The notes below the pieces were generated by a model that saw only the letters and a list, made by a program, of their open reading frames with translations, did not search any database and was not told the origin of the DNA. From positions 1,611 to 65,610 of the forward strand of contig CAKUWP010000011.1 in the NCBI GenBank assembly GCA_934699525.1: a stretch of DNA of 64,000 bases, given 5' to 3'. This DNA is from an uncultured Bacilli bacterium (GTDB lineage: Bacteria; Bacillota_I; Bacilli_A; RFN20; CAG-826). The stretch's first letter is position 1. Each line of letters opens with the position of its first letter. Below, one piece after another: positions 48,748-59,424 of this stretch. The position numbers and the translations under genes were made by a program.

Positions 48748-51568
48748 CGCTCCGTTTCTTTTTCATCAATTGTCCGCCCTGCTTCTTTTTATGAGAGAAT
48801 TTCGGCAAATGGACCTTCGAATTCCAAGTCGCAAAACGAATGGAAATCGGGGCGAGACAAACAAGACCTATAACGGTTCCAAAAGCGATTCCTAAAATCG
48901 CGCAAAGATAAACCGGAGCGTAGGCAACTGGGCCAATCGCAAAGCCTACCAAAGCCAAATATTCGGCTAAAATGGCGTAAACAAAGACATTGCCTGCTTC
49001 ATAGGAGGTAGAACGATTCAAGCGTTCAGAACGAGAAGCGAGGGTTCCTTTTTCTTTTTCGCGGTCTTCTTTGAATAATTCTTTTTCGCGAGAAAGGATG
49101 AAGAGCATGCCGCAAAGCGACACCACAACCCCAAAAATCATACCTAGCGCAACCATCGGGGAGACCGAAATGCGAGTGTAAACGAAGAAACTCCAAGCCA
49201 TAAACGTTGTGGCAACAGCAACTAGAGATAAGGCCAATCCACGGCTAAAGCGATAACGGGCAATCAAATAGACGGCACACACAGCCAAACCAACGCCAAG
49301 TCCGAGGCAGACATCGCCAATATAGGGATTCAACGTTTTAGGAGTAACCGTATTGAAGCTGACGCGAACATAATTTCCAGAAGCATCTTCTCCGCCCACT
49401 TCAGCCAGAGCGCTGCTCAAAGAGGACAACTGATCTCCAACCGCATTGGAATATTGCTGTTCTACCGGATTCCAAGAGGCAATGGTATAGCTGCTATTCG
49501 GATCCAAGACACGATTCAATTTAGCTTCGTAATAGAAATAATAATAATGGATGCCATCCGTTCCTTCTTCTGGGGTTTCATAGACATCTTTTGGAGTGGA
49601 GGACAAGGAGAAAGAAGAAACCATATCCCCAAGAACCACATCATCAATGGTGTATTGATGGAGTAAATCTCCTTTATCCGTCGATTTGGCCGTATAGACA
49701 TCGCCAGCGTTAGCAAACGGAACGACCGTAATTGCATCCTGTTTAGAGGAACGAACTTCCAAGCGAAGAGTCGTGGTTTCAGAATGATAGGCCGCATCAT
49801 TGTAGACGTTGCCATCATTGGCAATCCCAAATCCAATGCATCCGCCAATTCCGGCCAAAATCATTAACGAGGAGACGCCATAGGCCCAGAATTTGCCTTT
49901 TTGGAAGGATTTTTTCGAATAAGGTCCGAAATACTTTTGCTTCTCATCTTGCATGAGATTCGGAATTTCTTCCTTCTTTACGCCAAGCATTTTCGGGAAG
50001 GATTTTTGCATTCCAGAATCGTTGCAAAGAAGCCATCCGGACAGTTTCGTTAAGATTAAATTGGCAAAAATTCCGAAGAAGCCGCCCAGCGTAAGCATAA
50101 CTCCGCCGGCTCTGCAAACCGATCCGCCCAAAACATAGAGGAAAACACCGATAACGATGCTAATGATACCGGCATCCACCATGGGCCAGCTCGAAGCTTT
50201 GGAAGCTTCCTGGCAAGCCTTTTTGAGGGTACGGCCCTTATAGAGCTCATTCCGCAAGCGGCTTCCGTAGAAAATCGCTCCGAACAAGGTGGCCATGGAC
50301 GAGGCGATTAAAGCGACGAGGGCCGCAATATTAAACTGAGCGCCAAAGGCAACGAACGTAGCAAGCGAAGCAAGCCCAGAAGTCATGACAACCGCCATTT
50401 CTTGAAGAGCTAAAACGCGGTGGAACATTCCAAGCAAGGCAAACAGCAACACCATTCCAACCAAAACGGAAATCATGGTACGCCCCATGGCTGGGGAAAT
50501 CGACCAATCACCGAGTCGAATGAGAGGATCAACCGTTGCTTGGGTATCCTCGCTATACATGAAATTCAAACGATATTGAGTAACATCACCAGCATTTTGG
50601 CAGGCATCAGAATGATATTTATAAGCCGAAGCGTTAAATAGATTCGCCAAATAATTCGCGGCATCCGTGGCACTTTGGGCTTTCGTAGGATCATAAGTTC
50701 CGCTGCTAGTCGCTTCGCTAGAGGGGATCATTTGGAAATAAGGGTGCTCTTTGTCGTCATCCCCATCTTTGTAGTAAACGCATTGATCGTCGCTAGCGCT
50801 GTGTTCGAAAAGGATTTTAGAGGAAACGTTAGGATCCGCTTTGTTTTCATAGCGGTCTTCATCTCCACGATTCGCCCACAAAACGACGTTGCAGTCCTTT
50901 CCTTCCGTAACGACGGACCCAGAAGAATCCGTTTCTTCAGCAACCGTGTTCTTTTTGCAGTAATCAAGAAGCGTATCGAAAGCGCTCTTATCCTTGTCGT
51001 CAATCGGAACGATGACAACGGGAACCTGGAACGAATTCATATTAAGAAGGGTCACTTCCGCTTTCTTTCCATCGAGCATCGTTTCCCAAGCATCGTTATG
51101 TTCGTAAGCGTTACTATCTTCGCCGCTAGAAGAATCCCCGGCGGTGTTAGAAGCATCCAATTCATATTTTTGGCCGCTAAATGAAAGATAATTTTGCAAC
51201 CGGGTATATTCTTGGCTGTTGTTGAAGGAGGTACGCAAAGAAACGCGAATCGTATCGTATCCTTCGGTGGTCACGTCATACTCAGAAATGCCCCAATTAT
51301 CCAAACGATCGCGAATCGTATCCGCCATGCGAGAAACGATATAAGTTTCTCCGTCCATTGCGACATCCAGTTTATCGGAATCCCCTAAGAACGAATCATA
51401 ATTTCCGTTTAACGAGCTTTCGTTAAATTCGCTAGCGCGAAAATAAAGGGTTTTCCCGTTGGCGTAGGCTAAGTCCATGTCCATATGAAGCATCGTCGGG
51501 GCGGCAAGGGCTCCAACGCCAACAATAAGGGTCGTGGTCATGGCGACATAAGCGATGAATCGACGCAT
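48707..51568 (-). CDS. secDF: protein translocase subunit SecDF (fused), unusually long
   Basis: 953 aa with two 6-TM bundles, each preceded by a large periplasmic domain. First periplasmic domain is about 340 aa. Confidence 0.7.
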   Translation of the reverse strand: MRRFIAYVAMTTTLIVGVGALAAPTMLHMDMDLAYANGKTLYFRASEFNESSLNGNYDSFLGDSDKLDVAMDGETYIVSRMADTIRDRLDNWGISEYDVTTEGYDTIRVSLRTSFNNSQEYTRLQNYLSFSGQKYELDASNTAGDSSSGEDSNAYEHNDAWETMLDGKKAEVTLLNMNSFQVPVVIVPIDDKDKSAFDTLLDYCKKNTVAEETDSSGSVVTEGKDCNVVLWANRGDEDRYENKADPNVSSKILFEHSASDDQCVYYKDGDDDKEHPYFQMIPSSEATSSGTYDPTKAQSATDAANYLANLFNASAYKYHSDACQNAGDVTQYRLNFMYSEDTQATVDPLIRLGDWSISPAMGRTMISVLVGMVLLFALLGMFHRVLALQEMAVVMTSGLASLATFVAFGAQFNIAALVALIASSMATLFGAIFYGSRLRNELYKGRTLKKACQEASKASSWPMVDAGIISIVIGVFLYVLGGSVCRAGGVMLTLGGFFGIFANLILTKLSGWLLCNDSGMQKSFPKMLGVKKEEIPNLMQDEKQKYFGPYSKKSFQKGKFWAYGVSSLMILAGIGGCIGFGIANDGNVYNDAAYHSETTTLRLEVRSSKQDAITVVPFANAGDVYTAKSTDKGDLLHQYTIDDVVLGDMVSSFSLSSTPKDVYETPEEGTDGIHYYYFYYEAKLNRVLDPNSSYTIASWNPVEQQYSNAVGDQLSSLSSALAEVGGEDASGNYVRVSFNTVTPKTLNPYIGDVCLGLGVGLAVCAVYLIARYRFSRGLALSLVAVATTFMAWSFFVYTRISVSPMVALGMIFGVVVSLCGMLFILSREKELFKEDREKEKGTLASRSERLNRSTSYEAGNVFVYAILAEYLALVGFAIGPVAYAPVYLCAILGIAFGTVIGLVCLAPISIRFATWNSKVHLPKFSHKKKQGGQLMKKKRSGEPEEAIFIGIND

Positions 51569-51680
51569 ACAAATTCCTCCAAACAGTGGCAGGCGAGCGG
51601 TGATTTATAGATAAATCATGCTATCGCGTTAAGGATACGCTCAAAGCGTTGCTGAAACAATTAAAAAGAAGCCGTGAACT

Positions 51681-52685
51681 CTAAAATAACGTTTTTTGGT
51701 GGCGCTTCTTCAAGTGCGCGTAGGCTTTTTCGGTGGCTACGCGTCCGCGCGGTGTACGGTTAATGAGCCCAATCATCGTCAAATAAGGCTCATAAACATC
51801 TTCTAAATTTCCAATTTCTTCTCCAATCGAAGAAGCAATGGCTTCTAGGCCAACCGGGCCGCCATGAAATCGATCAATGATGCAATTTAAATAATGGACG
51901 TCCACATCGTCGAGCCCCAAGGAATCGATCTTCAAAGCATCCAAGGAACTTTCCGCCATCGCGGCATCAATAGAAGGGACGCCCGCAATGGTGGCAAAAT
52001 CACGAACACGTTTAAAAATGCGATTGGCAATTCGGGGCGTGCCGCGGCTGCGGGCTGCAATTAAATGAGCAGCCTCAGGCTCAATGGGAGTTTTAAAAAC
52101 GCGAGAAGTCCTAAATAAAATCTGTTCCAATTCTTCTTGCGTATAGAAATCAATCTTCAAACTAATGCCGAAACGGCTTCGTAAAGGGGAGGAAAGATCC
52201 CCCGCTCTTGTGGTTGCCCCAACCAAAGTAAAGGGGGGCAGGGGGAGAGACAATACTCGACTCGAGCCCCCTTGGTTTACCATAAACGACAAGGTGAAAT
52301 CTTCCATGGCTCCGTAAAGAACTTCTTCCACAACGCGCGGCAAACGATGAATTTCATCGATAAAAAGAACGTCTCCGGGTTCGAGTTCACTTAAAATCGC
52401 GGCTAAATCCCCCGTTTTTTCAACGGAAGGTCCATTGACCATCTTCACTTTTCCGCCTAGTTCATTTCCAATGACATAGGCCATCGTTGTTTTGCCTAAG
52501 CCTGGCGGGCCGTAAAGCAAAACATGGTCAAGAGGTTCTTGGCGCGCTTTCGCCGCTTGAATAAAAACGGAAAGGTTGCCCTTCATTTCGCTTTGTCCCA
52601 CATATTCTTGCAGGGTTTGGGGGCGCAGGGTTAATTCGGAGGATTCGTCTTCCTTTTCCCTTTTGGCATCCAGTAATCTCGTCAT
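51681..52685 (-). CDS. ruvB: Holliday junction branch migration helicase RuvB
   Basis: AAA+ Walker [10 protein letters not shown], Walker B, sensor motifs. 334 aa. Confidence 0.95.
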   Translation of the reverse strand: MTRLLDAKREKEDESSELTLRPQTLQEYVGQSEMKGNLSVFIQAAKARQEPLDHVLLYGPPGLGKTTMAYVIGNELGGKVKMVNGPSVEKTGDLAAILSELEPGDVLFIDEIHRLPRVVEEVLYGAMEDFTLSFMVNQGGSSRVLSLPLPPFTLVGATTRAGDLSSPLRSRFGISLKIDFYTQEELEQILFRTSRVFKTPIEPEAAHLIAARSRGTPRIANRIFKRVRDFATIAGVPSIDAAMAESSLDALKIDSLGLDDVDVHYLNCIIDRFHGGPVGLEAIASSIGEEIGNLEDVYEPYLTMIGLINRTPRGRVATEKAYAHLKKRHQKTLF

Positions 52686-53257
52686 GACGCCTTCCTTTCT
52701 TTGGAAAGAAACCGAAGAGCAGTTTTAAGAGCCACTTCCGTCTTATCCACCCCATCGGGCAACGCGTCGATGGCATCTTCAATCTCTTTGGCTTTAAACC
52801 CAAGACTCTTCAAAGCGCCATAAACATCCGGATATCGATTTTCCGCATTTTTCTTAAGCGGCTTTTCCACTAACCTACCCTTTAAGTCCAAGATAATTTG
52901 TTGAGCCGCTTTGGGCCCGATTCCGGGAAGTCGCTTTAAAAAGGCGGCATTGGAATTCTCAACGGCAGAAAGAAGCTCATCGGGCGTCGTTTTCGACAAG
53001 GCGCTTAAAGCGGTTTTCGGGCCAATCCCCTTGACGGAAACCAAAAGTAAAAACGCATCTTTTTCTTTTTTGCTATCGAACCCAACCAAATAATGGTCGT
53101 CTTGAGTGAGCACTTCATACGTATAGACGAGGCTTTCCTGGCCAATGATAAAAGCGGCAGGGCGGGGAACGAATACTTCGTATGCGATATTCCCCAAATC
53201 AATGGCCACGGAACTTTCATTCCGCTCCACAACTTTACCTTTGATGGAATAAATCAT
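52682..53257 (-). CDS. ruvA: Holliday junction DNA helicase RuvA
   Basis: 191 aa. OB domain, HhH motifs (GIGPKTA), C-terminal domain III. ATGA overlap with ruvB. Confidence 0.9.
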   Translation of the reverse strand: MIYSIKGKVVERNESSVAIDLGNIAYEVFVPRPAAFIIGQESLVYTYEVLTQDDHYLVGFDSKKEKDAFLLLVSVKGIGPKTALSALSKTTPDELLSAVENSNAAFLKRLPGIGPKAAQQIILDLKGRLVEKPLKKNAENRYPDVYGALKSLGFKAKEIEDAIDALPDGVDKTEVALKTALRFLSKERKAS

Positions 53258-53372
53258 AATTTAGTGGTACAGCAATAAAAACCCAATAAGCAAGAAAAGG
53301 GAGAGGAGGAAACTTAAGCTTAACAAAGCGCAAGAAAGCCAAATGCCAGGCGACTGTTTCTCCTTTTTTTCC

Positions 53373-54662
53373 TCATTCATAATATTCGAATTCAAAATCT
53401 TGCAAACGTACAGTATCGCCGTTTTTCGCTCCTTTCTTCTTCAGCGCCTCATCTACACCCAATCGATTGAGATAAGAAATCAATTGGCTGACGCCGGCGT
53501 CGGTTGTCAAATTAATCAACGCGTATTTCTTGGTAACTTCATCCCCGGTGATGACAAAAACATGTTCGGAAGGACGTAAAATGGCAAACGGGGCTTCTGG
53601 GGCTTCCAAATGAGCGTCATAAACCTTCATGCCGCCTTCCTTTTCGTTCTCCACGAGCGATTCAAGTTTAAATTCCGGTGTCTTCGAGATCATCTCGTAG
53701 GCTTTTTTCATCAAGAAGGAAACATTCTCGTCCGTTAACGCAGAAATTCCGATGGATTCAAATCCTAGGAATTCATCAAAGCGTTTCTTTCTCTCATTTG
53801 CACCATCGCAGTCCATTTTCGTCGCCACAACAATTTGAGGACGTTTTTCTAGACCCGCCCCAAAATCTCGAAGCTCCTCATTGATGATTTTATAGGCTTC
53901 CACGGGATCTCTTTCCCCATCCATGGAAACCATGTGAATCAAAACACGGCACCTTTCAATATGTCTTAAAAATTGGATCCCGAGCCCCTTTCCTTCGTGG
54001 GCGCCTTCGATAAGACCCGGCATATCTGCTAAAACGAATTGAGTATAGCCATCATCCAAGGTCACAACTCCAAGGTTAGGAACAAGGGTGGTGAAGGGGT
54101 AATCCGCCGTTGGAACGTTGGCTTTAGAAACGATATTGAGCAAAGTGGATTTTCCCACACTAGGAAAACCAATTAAGCCAGCATCGGCCAAAAGCTTAAG
54201 TTCCAAGACAATTCGCTTGGTAATTCCTGGGAATCCATTTTCAGCAACCCGAGGGATGCGAATACGAGAGGATTTGAAGGCGGCGTTGCCTCTTCCGCCT
54301 CTTCCTCCTTTAGCCACGCATACCGTGTCGTCTTCATGTTTTAAGTCGGCGATAAGCGTCTTACCGTCTTCTTCGTAAACAACGGTGCCAACCGGTACCT
54401 CCGAGACTACATCCGGGGCTTGATGGCCAAAACGCATGCATTTATCCCCTTTTTCGCCATCCTCCGCCTTTAAAACGCGAGAATGACGATAAGCCAGCAA
54501 GGTATTTACATTCTTTTTTGCGATAAGGTATACCGACCCGCCTCGTCCTCCGTTTCCGCCATCGGGTCCTCCCTTGGGAACATTTTTTTCACGGTGAAAA
54601 GAAATGGCGCCATCGCCACCTTTTCCAGAACGTACTTCCACTACTGCGCGATCAATGAGCAT
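53373..54662 (-). CDS. obg: GTPase Obg
   Basis: Obg fold N-terminus (DRAVVEVRSGKGGDGAISF), G domain (GFPSVGKST, DMPG), C-terminal OCT domain. Start placed at the M with RBS GGAGG. The ORF is open to 54692. Confidence 0.9.
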   Translation of the reverse strand: MLIDRAVVEVRSGKGGDGAISFHREKNVPKGGPDGGNGGRGGSVYLIAKKNVNTLLAYRHSRVLKAEDGEKGDKCMRFGHQAPDVVSEVPVGTVVYEEDGKTLIADLKHEDDTVCVAKGGRGGRGNAAFKSSRIRIPRVAENGFPGITKRIVLELKLLADAGLIGFPSVGKSTLLNIVSKANVPTADYPFTTLVPNLGVVTLDDGYTQFVLADMPGLIEGAHEGKGLGIQFLRHIERCRVLIHMVSMDGERDPVEAYKIINEELRDFGAGLEKRPQIVVATKMDCDGANERKKRFDEFLGFESIGISALTDENVSFLMKKAYEMISKTPEFKLESLVENEKEGGMKVYDAHLEAPEAPFAILRPSEHVFVITGDEVTKKYALINLTTDAGVSQLISYLNRLGVDEALKKKGAKNGDTVRLQDFEFEYYE

Positions 54663-55413
54663 AACGACCTCCGAGTTCTTCTTTTTCTTCATTGCTGAGA
54701 AGATAGGTTTTTTTGTTTTTCTTAATTTGCTTCAAATCTTGATAAAAAGAGATAAAGACTGATTTTTTGGATATGGTGCTATCGGGATCATCCTTCCATT
54801 TGCAGCCAATCTCCTTGCATCGGAATCCGTTTAGCGTCAGGAAATACAGATATTCCAAATCAAACGAAAATCCATTGAATTTTTGATGGCGAACCATGAC
54901 TTTAGCCACGCTTGTCCGGTACGCTTTAAACCCACATTGGGTATCTTTAAAAGGCATATGGAGTTTCATTTTGATTATGATTCTGCCAAGCCAGTGGGTG
55001 AAACGGCGGCGAAAGGGCTGACGCTGCACATAAACCGAATCGGGCATATTGCGGCTAGCGAGGATGCAGTCATATTGAGGGAGTAGGGGTAAAAAGCGAT
55101 TCAGCACTTCCAAGTCGGTTGCCATATCCGCATCCATAAAAAGCACAAAATCGGATTGCGCTTCTTCGATGCCTTCTTTGATCCCCGCGCCTTTACCCCC
55201 GGGGATCACATTTTTTAGGACGCGAACCTGAAGGGGAAGTTCTTTTTTGGCTTCTTCTAAAAGATTCATTTCTTCCTCGCTACACCCGTTAGGACAAATT
55301 AAAACGTCATAAGCAATCGGTTGCTTGTCCAAAAAAGGCAAAACCGTTTCTTTCAAATGACGAATCAGTTTTTCGCCTTGGTTTTTTTCCGGAAAAAGAA
55401 AAGAAATCTTCAT
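54652..55413 (-). CDS. family-2 glycosyltransferase (DPM1/polyprenol-phosphate glycosyltransferase-like)
   Basis: GT-A fold with a DAD-type motif (FMDADMATD). 253 aa. 3' end overlaps the obg start. Confidence 0.7.
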   Translation of the reverse strand: MKISFLFPEKNQGEKLIRHLKETVLPFLDKQPIAYDVLICPNGCSEEEMNLLEEAKKELPLQVRVLKNVIPGGKGAGIKEGIEEAQSDFVLFMDADMATDLEVLNRFLPLLPQYDCILASRNMPDSVYVQRQPFRRRFTHWLGRIIIKMKLHMPFKDTQCGFKAYRTSVAKVMVRHQKFNGFSFDLEYLYFLTLNGFRCKEIGCKWKDDPDSTISKKSVFISFYQDLKQIKKNKKTYLLSNEEKEELGGRYAH

Positions 55414-55504
55414 AAGATTTATTATCGCATAAAATAATGCTTAGCGTATCCCCCTCGCAAAAAAAGGGCGTCTTTATGACGCCCCAGTTGATCAACAATC
55501 GAAA

Positions 55505-55795
55505 TTATTCGGCAACAACCGGATAAACGCTGACGCGCTTTCCGCTTTTTCCGACTCTTTCGAACTTCACCTTGCCAGCGATGCAAGCGTTCAACGTGTC
55601 GTCGCCACCTTTGATGACGTTTTTGCCCGGCATGATCTTCGTGCCGCGCTGACGATAAAGAATCGAACCAGCGGTGACGATTTGTCCATCGCCAACCTTA
55701 GCGCCAAGACGGCGACCAGCGGAATCACGGCCGTTTTTGGTCGAACCAACGCCTTTTTTGGAAGCGAAGAGTTGTAAATCAAGAACGAATTTCAT
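55505..55795 (-). CDS. rpmA: 50S ribosomal protein L27
   Basis: 96 aa. [13 protein letters not shown] motif. Confidence 0.95.
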   Translation of the reverse strand: MKFVLDLQLFASKKGVGSTKNGRDSAGRRLGAKVGDGQIVTAGSILYRQRGTKIMPGKNVIKGGDDTLNACIAGKVKFERVGKSGKRVSVYPVVAE

Positions 55796-55800
55796 GATGG

Positions 55801-56109
55801 TTACTTCCTTTCTTTAATGTTAATGGTTCCCGCATAGGAAACCTCAATGGTTTTCAATTGGATGATCATCGTCTCCAAAACCGTTTGATCGTGTTCGGAA
55901 ATCGATCCGGGAATTTCGCATTTGATGTATCCCGATTCCAACTCAATCGAATAGGAATCCGAATCTTCCAAGGCATTTAGGGCGCCGGTGCAAATCGCAC
56001 TGACGGCTGCGCAAACCAAGTCCTGTCCATAAGGTGCCGTATTCGCGTGCCCCTTAACGAGAATCTTGGAAATGCCCTTCCCGCGATAATCAATCTCAAC
56101 CTTCACCAT
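55801..56109 (-). CDS. prp: ribosomal-processing cysteine protease Prp (YsxB/DUF464)
   Basis: 102 aa. Catalytic H..C pair ([12 protein letters not shown]). Sits between rplU and rpmA. Confidence 0.85.
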   Translation of the reverse strand: MVKVEIDYRGKGISKILVKGHANTAPYGQDLVCAAVSAICTGALNALEDSDSYSIELESGYIKCEIPGSISEHDQTVLETMIIQLKTIEVSYAGTINIKERK

Positions 56110-56121
56110 GCCACTGCCTCC

Positions 56122-56430
56122 TTAGGCGTTGATGGCTTTGATGACGAGGCAGGTATAAGGCTGACGATGGCCAATGGTCTTGCGCTCATTCGCTTTCGCC
56201 TTGTACTTGTAAACACGGATTTTCTTGCCAAGGCCTTGTTTTTCGACCTTGCAATCAACGGAAGCGCCTTCCACATAGGGAGCGCCAACTTTCGTGCTTT
56301 CGCCACCAACGAAAAGAACTTTGTCGATCGAGACATCTTGACCAGCTTCCACGTTGAGCTTTTCAACGTAGATCTTGTCACCGACTTCGACTTTGACTTG
56401 CTTTCCGCCAGTTTCAATGATTGCGTACAT
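56122..56430 (-). CDS. rplU: 50S ribosomal protein L21
   Basis: [14 protein letters not shown].. canonical L21 N-terminus. Confidence 0.95.
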   Translation of the reverse strand: MYAIIETGGKQVKVEVGDKIYVEKLNVEAGQDVSIDKVLFVGGESTKVGAPYVEGASVDCKVEKQGLGKKIRVYKYKAKANERKTIGHRQPYTCLVIKAINA

Positions 56431-56565
56431 ATTTTCCTCCTTGCTGCTTTTTCTAGACTCGCTATGGAGGTACCGAATGGTTTAGAAACCTCTTCTATGC
56501 GGTTGCGCGCTCAAAAGCAAAGCGGACAACGCGATGATTATACGCATGTATCACGCGGAATCAAA
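56431..56565 (-). promoter_or_regulatory. rplU promoter (TTGATT-16-TATAAT) and roughly 100-nt 5' leader (candidate L21 ribosomal-protein leader)
   Basis: On the minus strand, -35 TTGATT (56559-56564) and -10 TATAAT (56537-56542). GC-rich palindromic segment GCGCGC in the leader before RBS AAGGAGG. Confidence 0.4.
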
Positions 56566-56573
56566 GCGTTTTG

Positions 56574-56759
56574 TCACATTTTCCATTCGAATTTGTAGCC
56601 GCCCGGCGTTGTGACGTTCGCCGATTGGCTTTTGAACAGCTTATAGGCGGCAATGGAGAGAATAACAATCGTGAAAACCAAAACAACGGTTCCCAAGGTC
56701 AAAGCCTCCCCAGGCCGAATTTGCTGACATTCCTCTTTACTTAAAGGTTGCAATTCCAT
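56574..56759 (-). CDS. small single-TM membrane protein (61 aa), hypothetical
   Basis: Perfect RBS AGGAGG 8 nt upstream of the ATG (MELQPLSKEEC..). Hydrophobic helix LTLGTVVLVFTIVILSIAAY. Confidence 0.55.
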   Translation of the reverse strand: MELQPLSKEECQQIRPGEALTLGTVVLVFTIVILSIAAYKLFKSQSANVTTPGGYKFEWKM

Positions 56760-56836
56760 AATCAAATCCTCCTAAATAACTTAGAACGATTTTTCAGGAA
56801 TTTTTTTGATAATTTTTTTCGAAAAAAACAATTTTA

Positions 56837-59416
56837 TTAGGCCAGATCGGAGATTCTTTGTTCCATGTCCTTCATTTTAGCTTTGTTTTCTTCGAGTTTA
56901 GAACGTTCCAAATCTACTTTTTGTTTCGGAGCTTTGGACACAAAAGCGGGATTAAGAAGCATTTTCTCACTGCGAGAGATTTCAAATTCAAGGCGTTCCC
57001 TTTCTTTTAGCAGCTCCTTCTTAATCTCATCGGTACTCTTGTTAGACGCAACCACCATCGTGAGACCGGAATAAAGGAATGCATCTCCGTGTGGCGCTTC
57101 TTTTTGGACGCGAATTTCTTTTGCGAAAAGGAAACGAGTAAGATAGGTTTCAATGCCTTTGAACGGAGTTTTGGGAGAGAGAGTGATTTTAATTGCTTCG
57201 TTAGGAGCCATTTTATGGCTGGATTTATAACCACGGCCGTCGCGAATCATTTCAAATAACAAACGCCCCTTCTTCTCTGCCGCAGGGGAAATCCATTGCG
57301 GACGATATTCCGGATACGTTTCTAGCATCGCCGAATCTTTGTGGCCTGGCAAGGAGCAATAAAGTTCTTCGCCGATAAAGGGGCAATAGGGATAAATCAT
57401 CAAAATGACATCGTGAATGACCCGGTAGAGGACTTGCTTCACGGTTTCCGATTGATGGGGATCCGACAGGGATACTTTGCTCATTTCTAGATAGAAGGAG
57501 CAGAAATCGTCATAAACAAAATCATAAAGATAGGTGCTAGCCGCCCCAAATTCATAGGCATCCATCTTCTTTTGAACGTGGGCGATCGTCTTCTCCAAAC
57601 GCGTCAAAATATATTTTTCCAAAACGCCTAAGTCTTTATAAGGAATCACGTTCGGTTGGAAATCCTCGCCTAATGTCATTTCGACGTAGCGGGTTGCATT
57701 CCAAATTTTGTTTAAATAGTTTTCGGCGGCCTGCAGTTTTTCTTCGCTATAGCGCATATCCTGTCCCGGCGTGCTATTGGTCGTAATGAAGTAGCGCATC
57801 GCGTCGACGCCGTATTTGGCAATAATATCCAAGGGGTCGATGCCATTTCCGAGAGATTTGGACATTTTTCGGCCTTGTTCATCGCGAATAAGACCATGAA
57901 TGACCACTTTTTTGAAGGGAGCCCGATCAGTAAAGTGCTCGCTTTGAAAGATCATGCGGCTTACCCAGAAGAAAATGATATCGTATCCGGTATTGAGAAC
58001 GCTCGTGGGGAAATAACGGTCGAAGTCTGGGGTTTGATGAGGCCAACCTAAGGTTGCAAACGGCCAGAGCGCGCTCGAAAACCACGTGTCCAAAACATCC
58101 TCGTCTTGTCTATATTTCGTTAAATCAGGAGTTTCTTCCGTAACAAGAACTTCTCCTGTTTCTTTATTGTAGTAAGCCGGGATACGATGTCCCCACCAAA
58201 GTTGGCGAGAAATGCACCAGTCTTCGACGTTTTGCATCCATCGAATCAAAACATTTTCAAAACGACGGGGCAAAAATTCCACCTTGTTCTCCGATTTTTG
58301 CTGATCCAATACGCGATCCGCCAAAGGCTCCATTTTCACAAACCACTGTTTGGAGAGCATGGGTTCAACCACCGCGCCGCTTCTCTCGCTGTGGCCAACC
58401 GAGTGAACAAATTTTTCAATATGGTCCAAATGACCTTCGCGTTGAATCTTCTCCACCAATGCTTTTCTAGCTTCGTAACGATCCATGCCTGCAAATTCAC
58501 CTGCAATCGGAAGCAAATGCGCGGTTTCGTCCAAAACGCGAATAAAGGGGAAACCATATTTCTTAGCCAAGGCAAAGTCGTTAGGATCGTGGGCGGGCGT
58601 GCATTTCATGGCTCCGGTTCCAAAGCTCATATCTACGTAAGAATCCGCCATCAAAGGAAGCTCTTCTCCGTTGCAGGGATTAATGACCTTCTTTCCAATT
58701 AAATCGCTGAATCTCGGATCTTTGGGGTTTACAAAAACGGCGGTATCGCCCCACATGGTCTCCGGACGGGTGGTCGCAACGATAATGGAACGACCTTTTT
58801 CGCCCACAACCTCGTAACGGAAATAATAGAATTCGCCTTCATCGTCTTGGTGGTTTACCTCGATATTGGACAAAGCAGTCCGCAAAACGGGGTCCCAATT
58901 GATGATTTTTTCGCCCTGATAAATCAAACCTTGGTTATAGAGGGTCACAAAAACATGGCGAACTGCTTCGGACAAACCTTCGTCCAACGTGAATCTTTCG
59001 CGAGTATAATCGACCGATAACCCAATTTTAGCCCATTGTTCGTGGATGGTCTTCGCGTATTCATCCTTCCATTCCCAGGCTTTTTTTAAGAATCCTTCGC
59101 GGCCCAAATCATAACGGGAGATTCCCTCCGCCCGTAATTTGGCTTCCACTTTTGCTTGGGTGGCAATGCCGGCGTGATCCATTCCAGGAACCCACAAAAC
59201 ATCGTAGCCCTTCATTTTTTTGTAGCGAACGATAATGTCATCTGGAACCGTGTCCATGACATGTCCCAAGTGTAACTTACCCGTTACATTTGGTGGCGGA
59301 ATCACTAACGAGAACGCCTCTTTGGAAGAATCACCTGCGGTGAAATACCCTTTATTTTTCCAATTTTCGTACTTTCCTTCTTCGACCTTTTTCGGATCGT
59401 AATGTTTGTCCAACAT
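56837..59416 (-). CDS. valS: valine--tRNA ligase
   Basis: 859 aa. HLGH (PPNVTGKLHLGH) and KMSKS motifs. Editing domain. C-terminal coiled coil. Confidence 0.95.
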   Translation of the reverse strand: MLDKHYDPKKVEEGKYENWKNKGYFTAGDSSKEAFSLVIPPPNVTGKLHLGHVMDTVPDDIIVRYKKMKGYDVLWVPGMDHAGIATQAKVEAKLRAEGISRYDLGREGFLKKAWEWKDEYAKTIHEQWAKIGLSVDYTRERFTLDEGLSEAVRHVFVTLYNQGLIYQGEKIINWDPVLRTALSNIEVNHQDDEGEFYYFRYEVVGEKGRSIIVATTRPETMWGDTAVFVNPKDPRFSDLIGKKVINPCNGEELPLMADSYVDMSFGTGAMKCTPAHDPNDFALAKKYGFPFIRVLDETAHLLPIAGEFAGMDRYEARKALVEKIQREGHLDHIEKFVHSVGHSERSGAVVEPMLSKQWFVKMEPLADRVLDQQKSENKVEFLPRRFENVLIRWMQNVEDWCISRQLWWGHRIPAYYNKETGEVLVTEETPDLTKYRQDEDVLDTWFSSALWPFATLGWPHQTPDFDRYFPTSVLNTGYDIIFFWVSRMIFQSEHFTDRAPFKKVVIHGLIRDEQGRKMSKSLGNGIDPLDIIAKYGVDAMRYFITTNSTPGQDMRYSEEKLQAAENYLNKIWNATRYVEMTLGEDFQPNVIPYKDLGVLEKYILTRLEKTIAHVQKKMDAYEFGAASTYLYDFVYDDFCSFYLEMSKVSLSDPHQSETVKQVLYRVIHDVILMIYPYCPFIGEELYCSLPGHKDSAMLETYPEYRPQWISPAAEKKGRLLFEMIRDGRGYKSSHKMAPNEAIKITLSPKTPFKGIETYLTRFLFAKEIRVQKEAPHGDAFLYSGLTMVVASNKSTDEIKKELLKERERLEFEISRSEKMLLNPAFVSKAPKQKVDLERSKLEENKAKMKDMEQRISDLA

Positions 59417-59424
59417 TGATTTTC

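Noticed and set aside
50675-51184. 169-aa ORF on the plus strand
   Set aside because: Antisense to secDF. A hydrophobic mirror-image artefact.
56047-56598. 183-aa ORF on the plus strand
   Set aside because: Antisense to the prp/rplU ribosomal genes.
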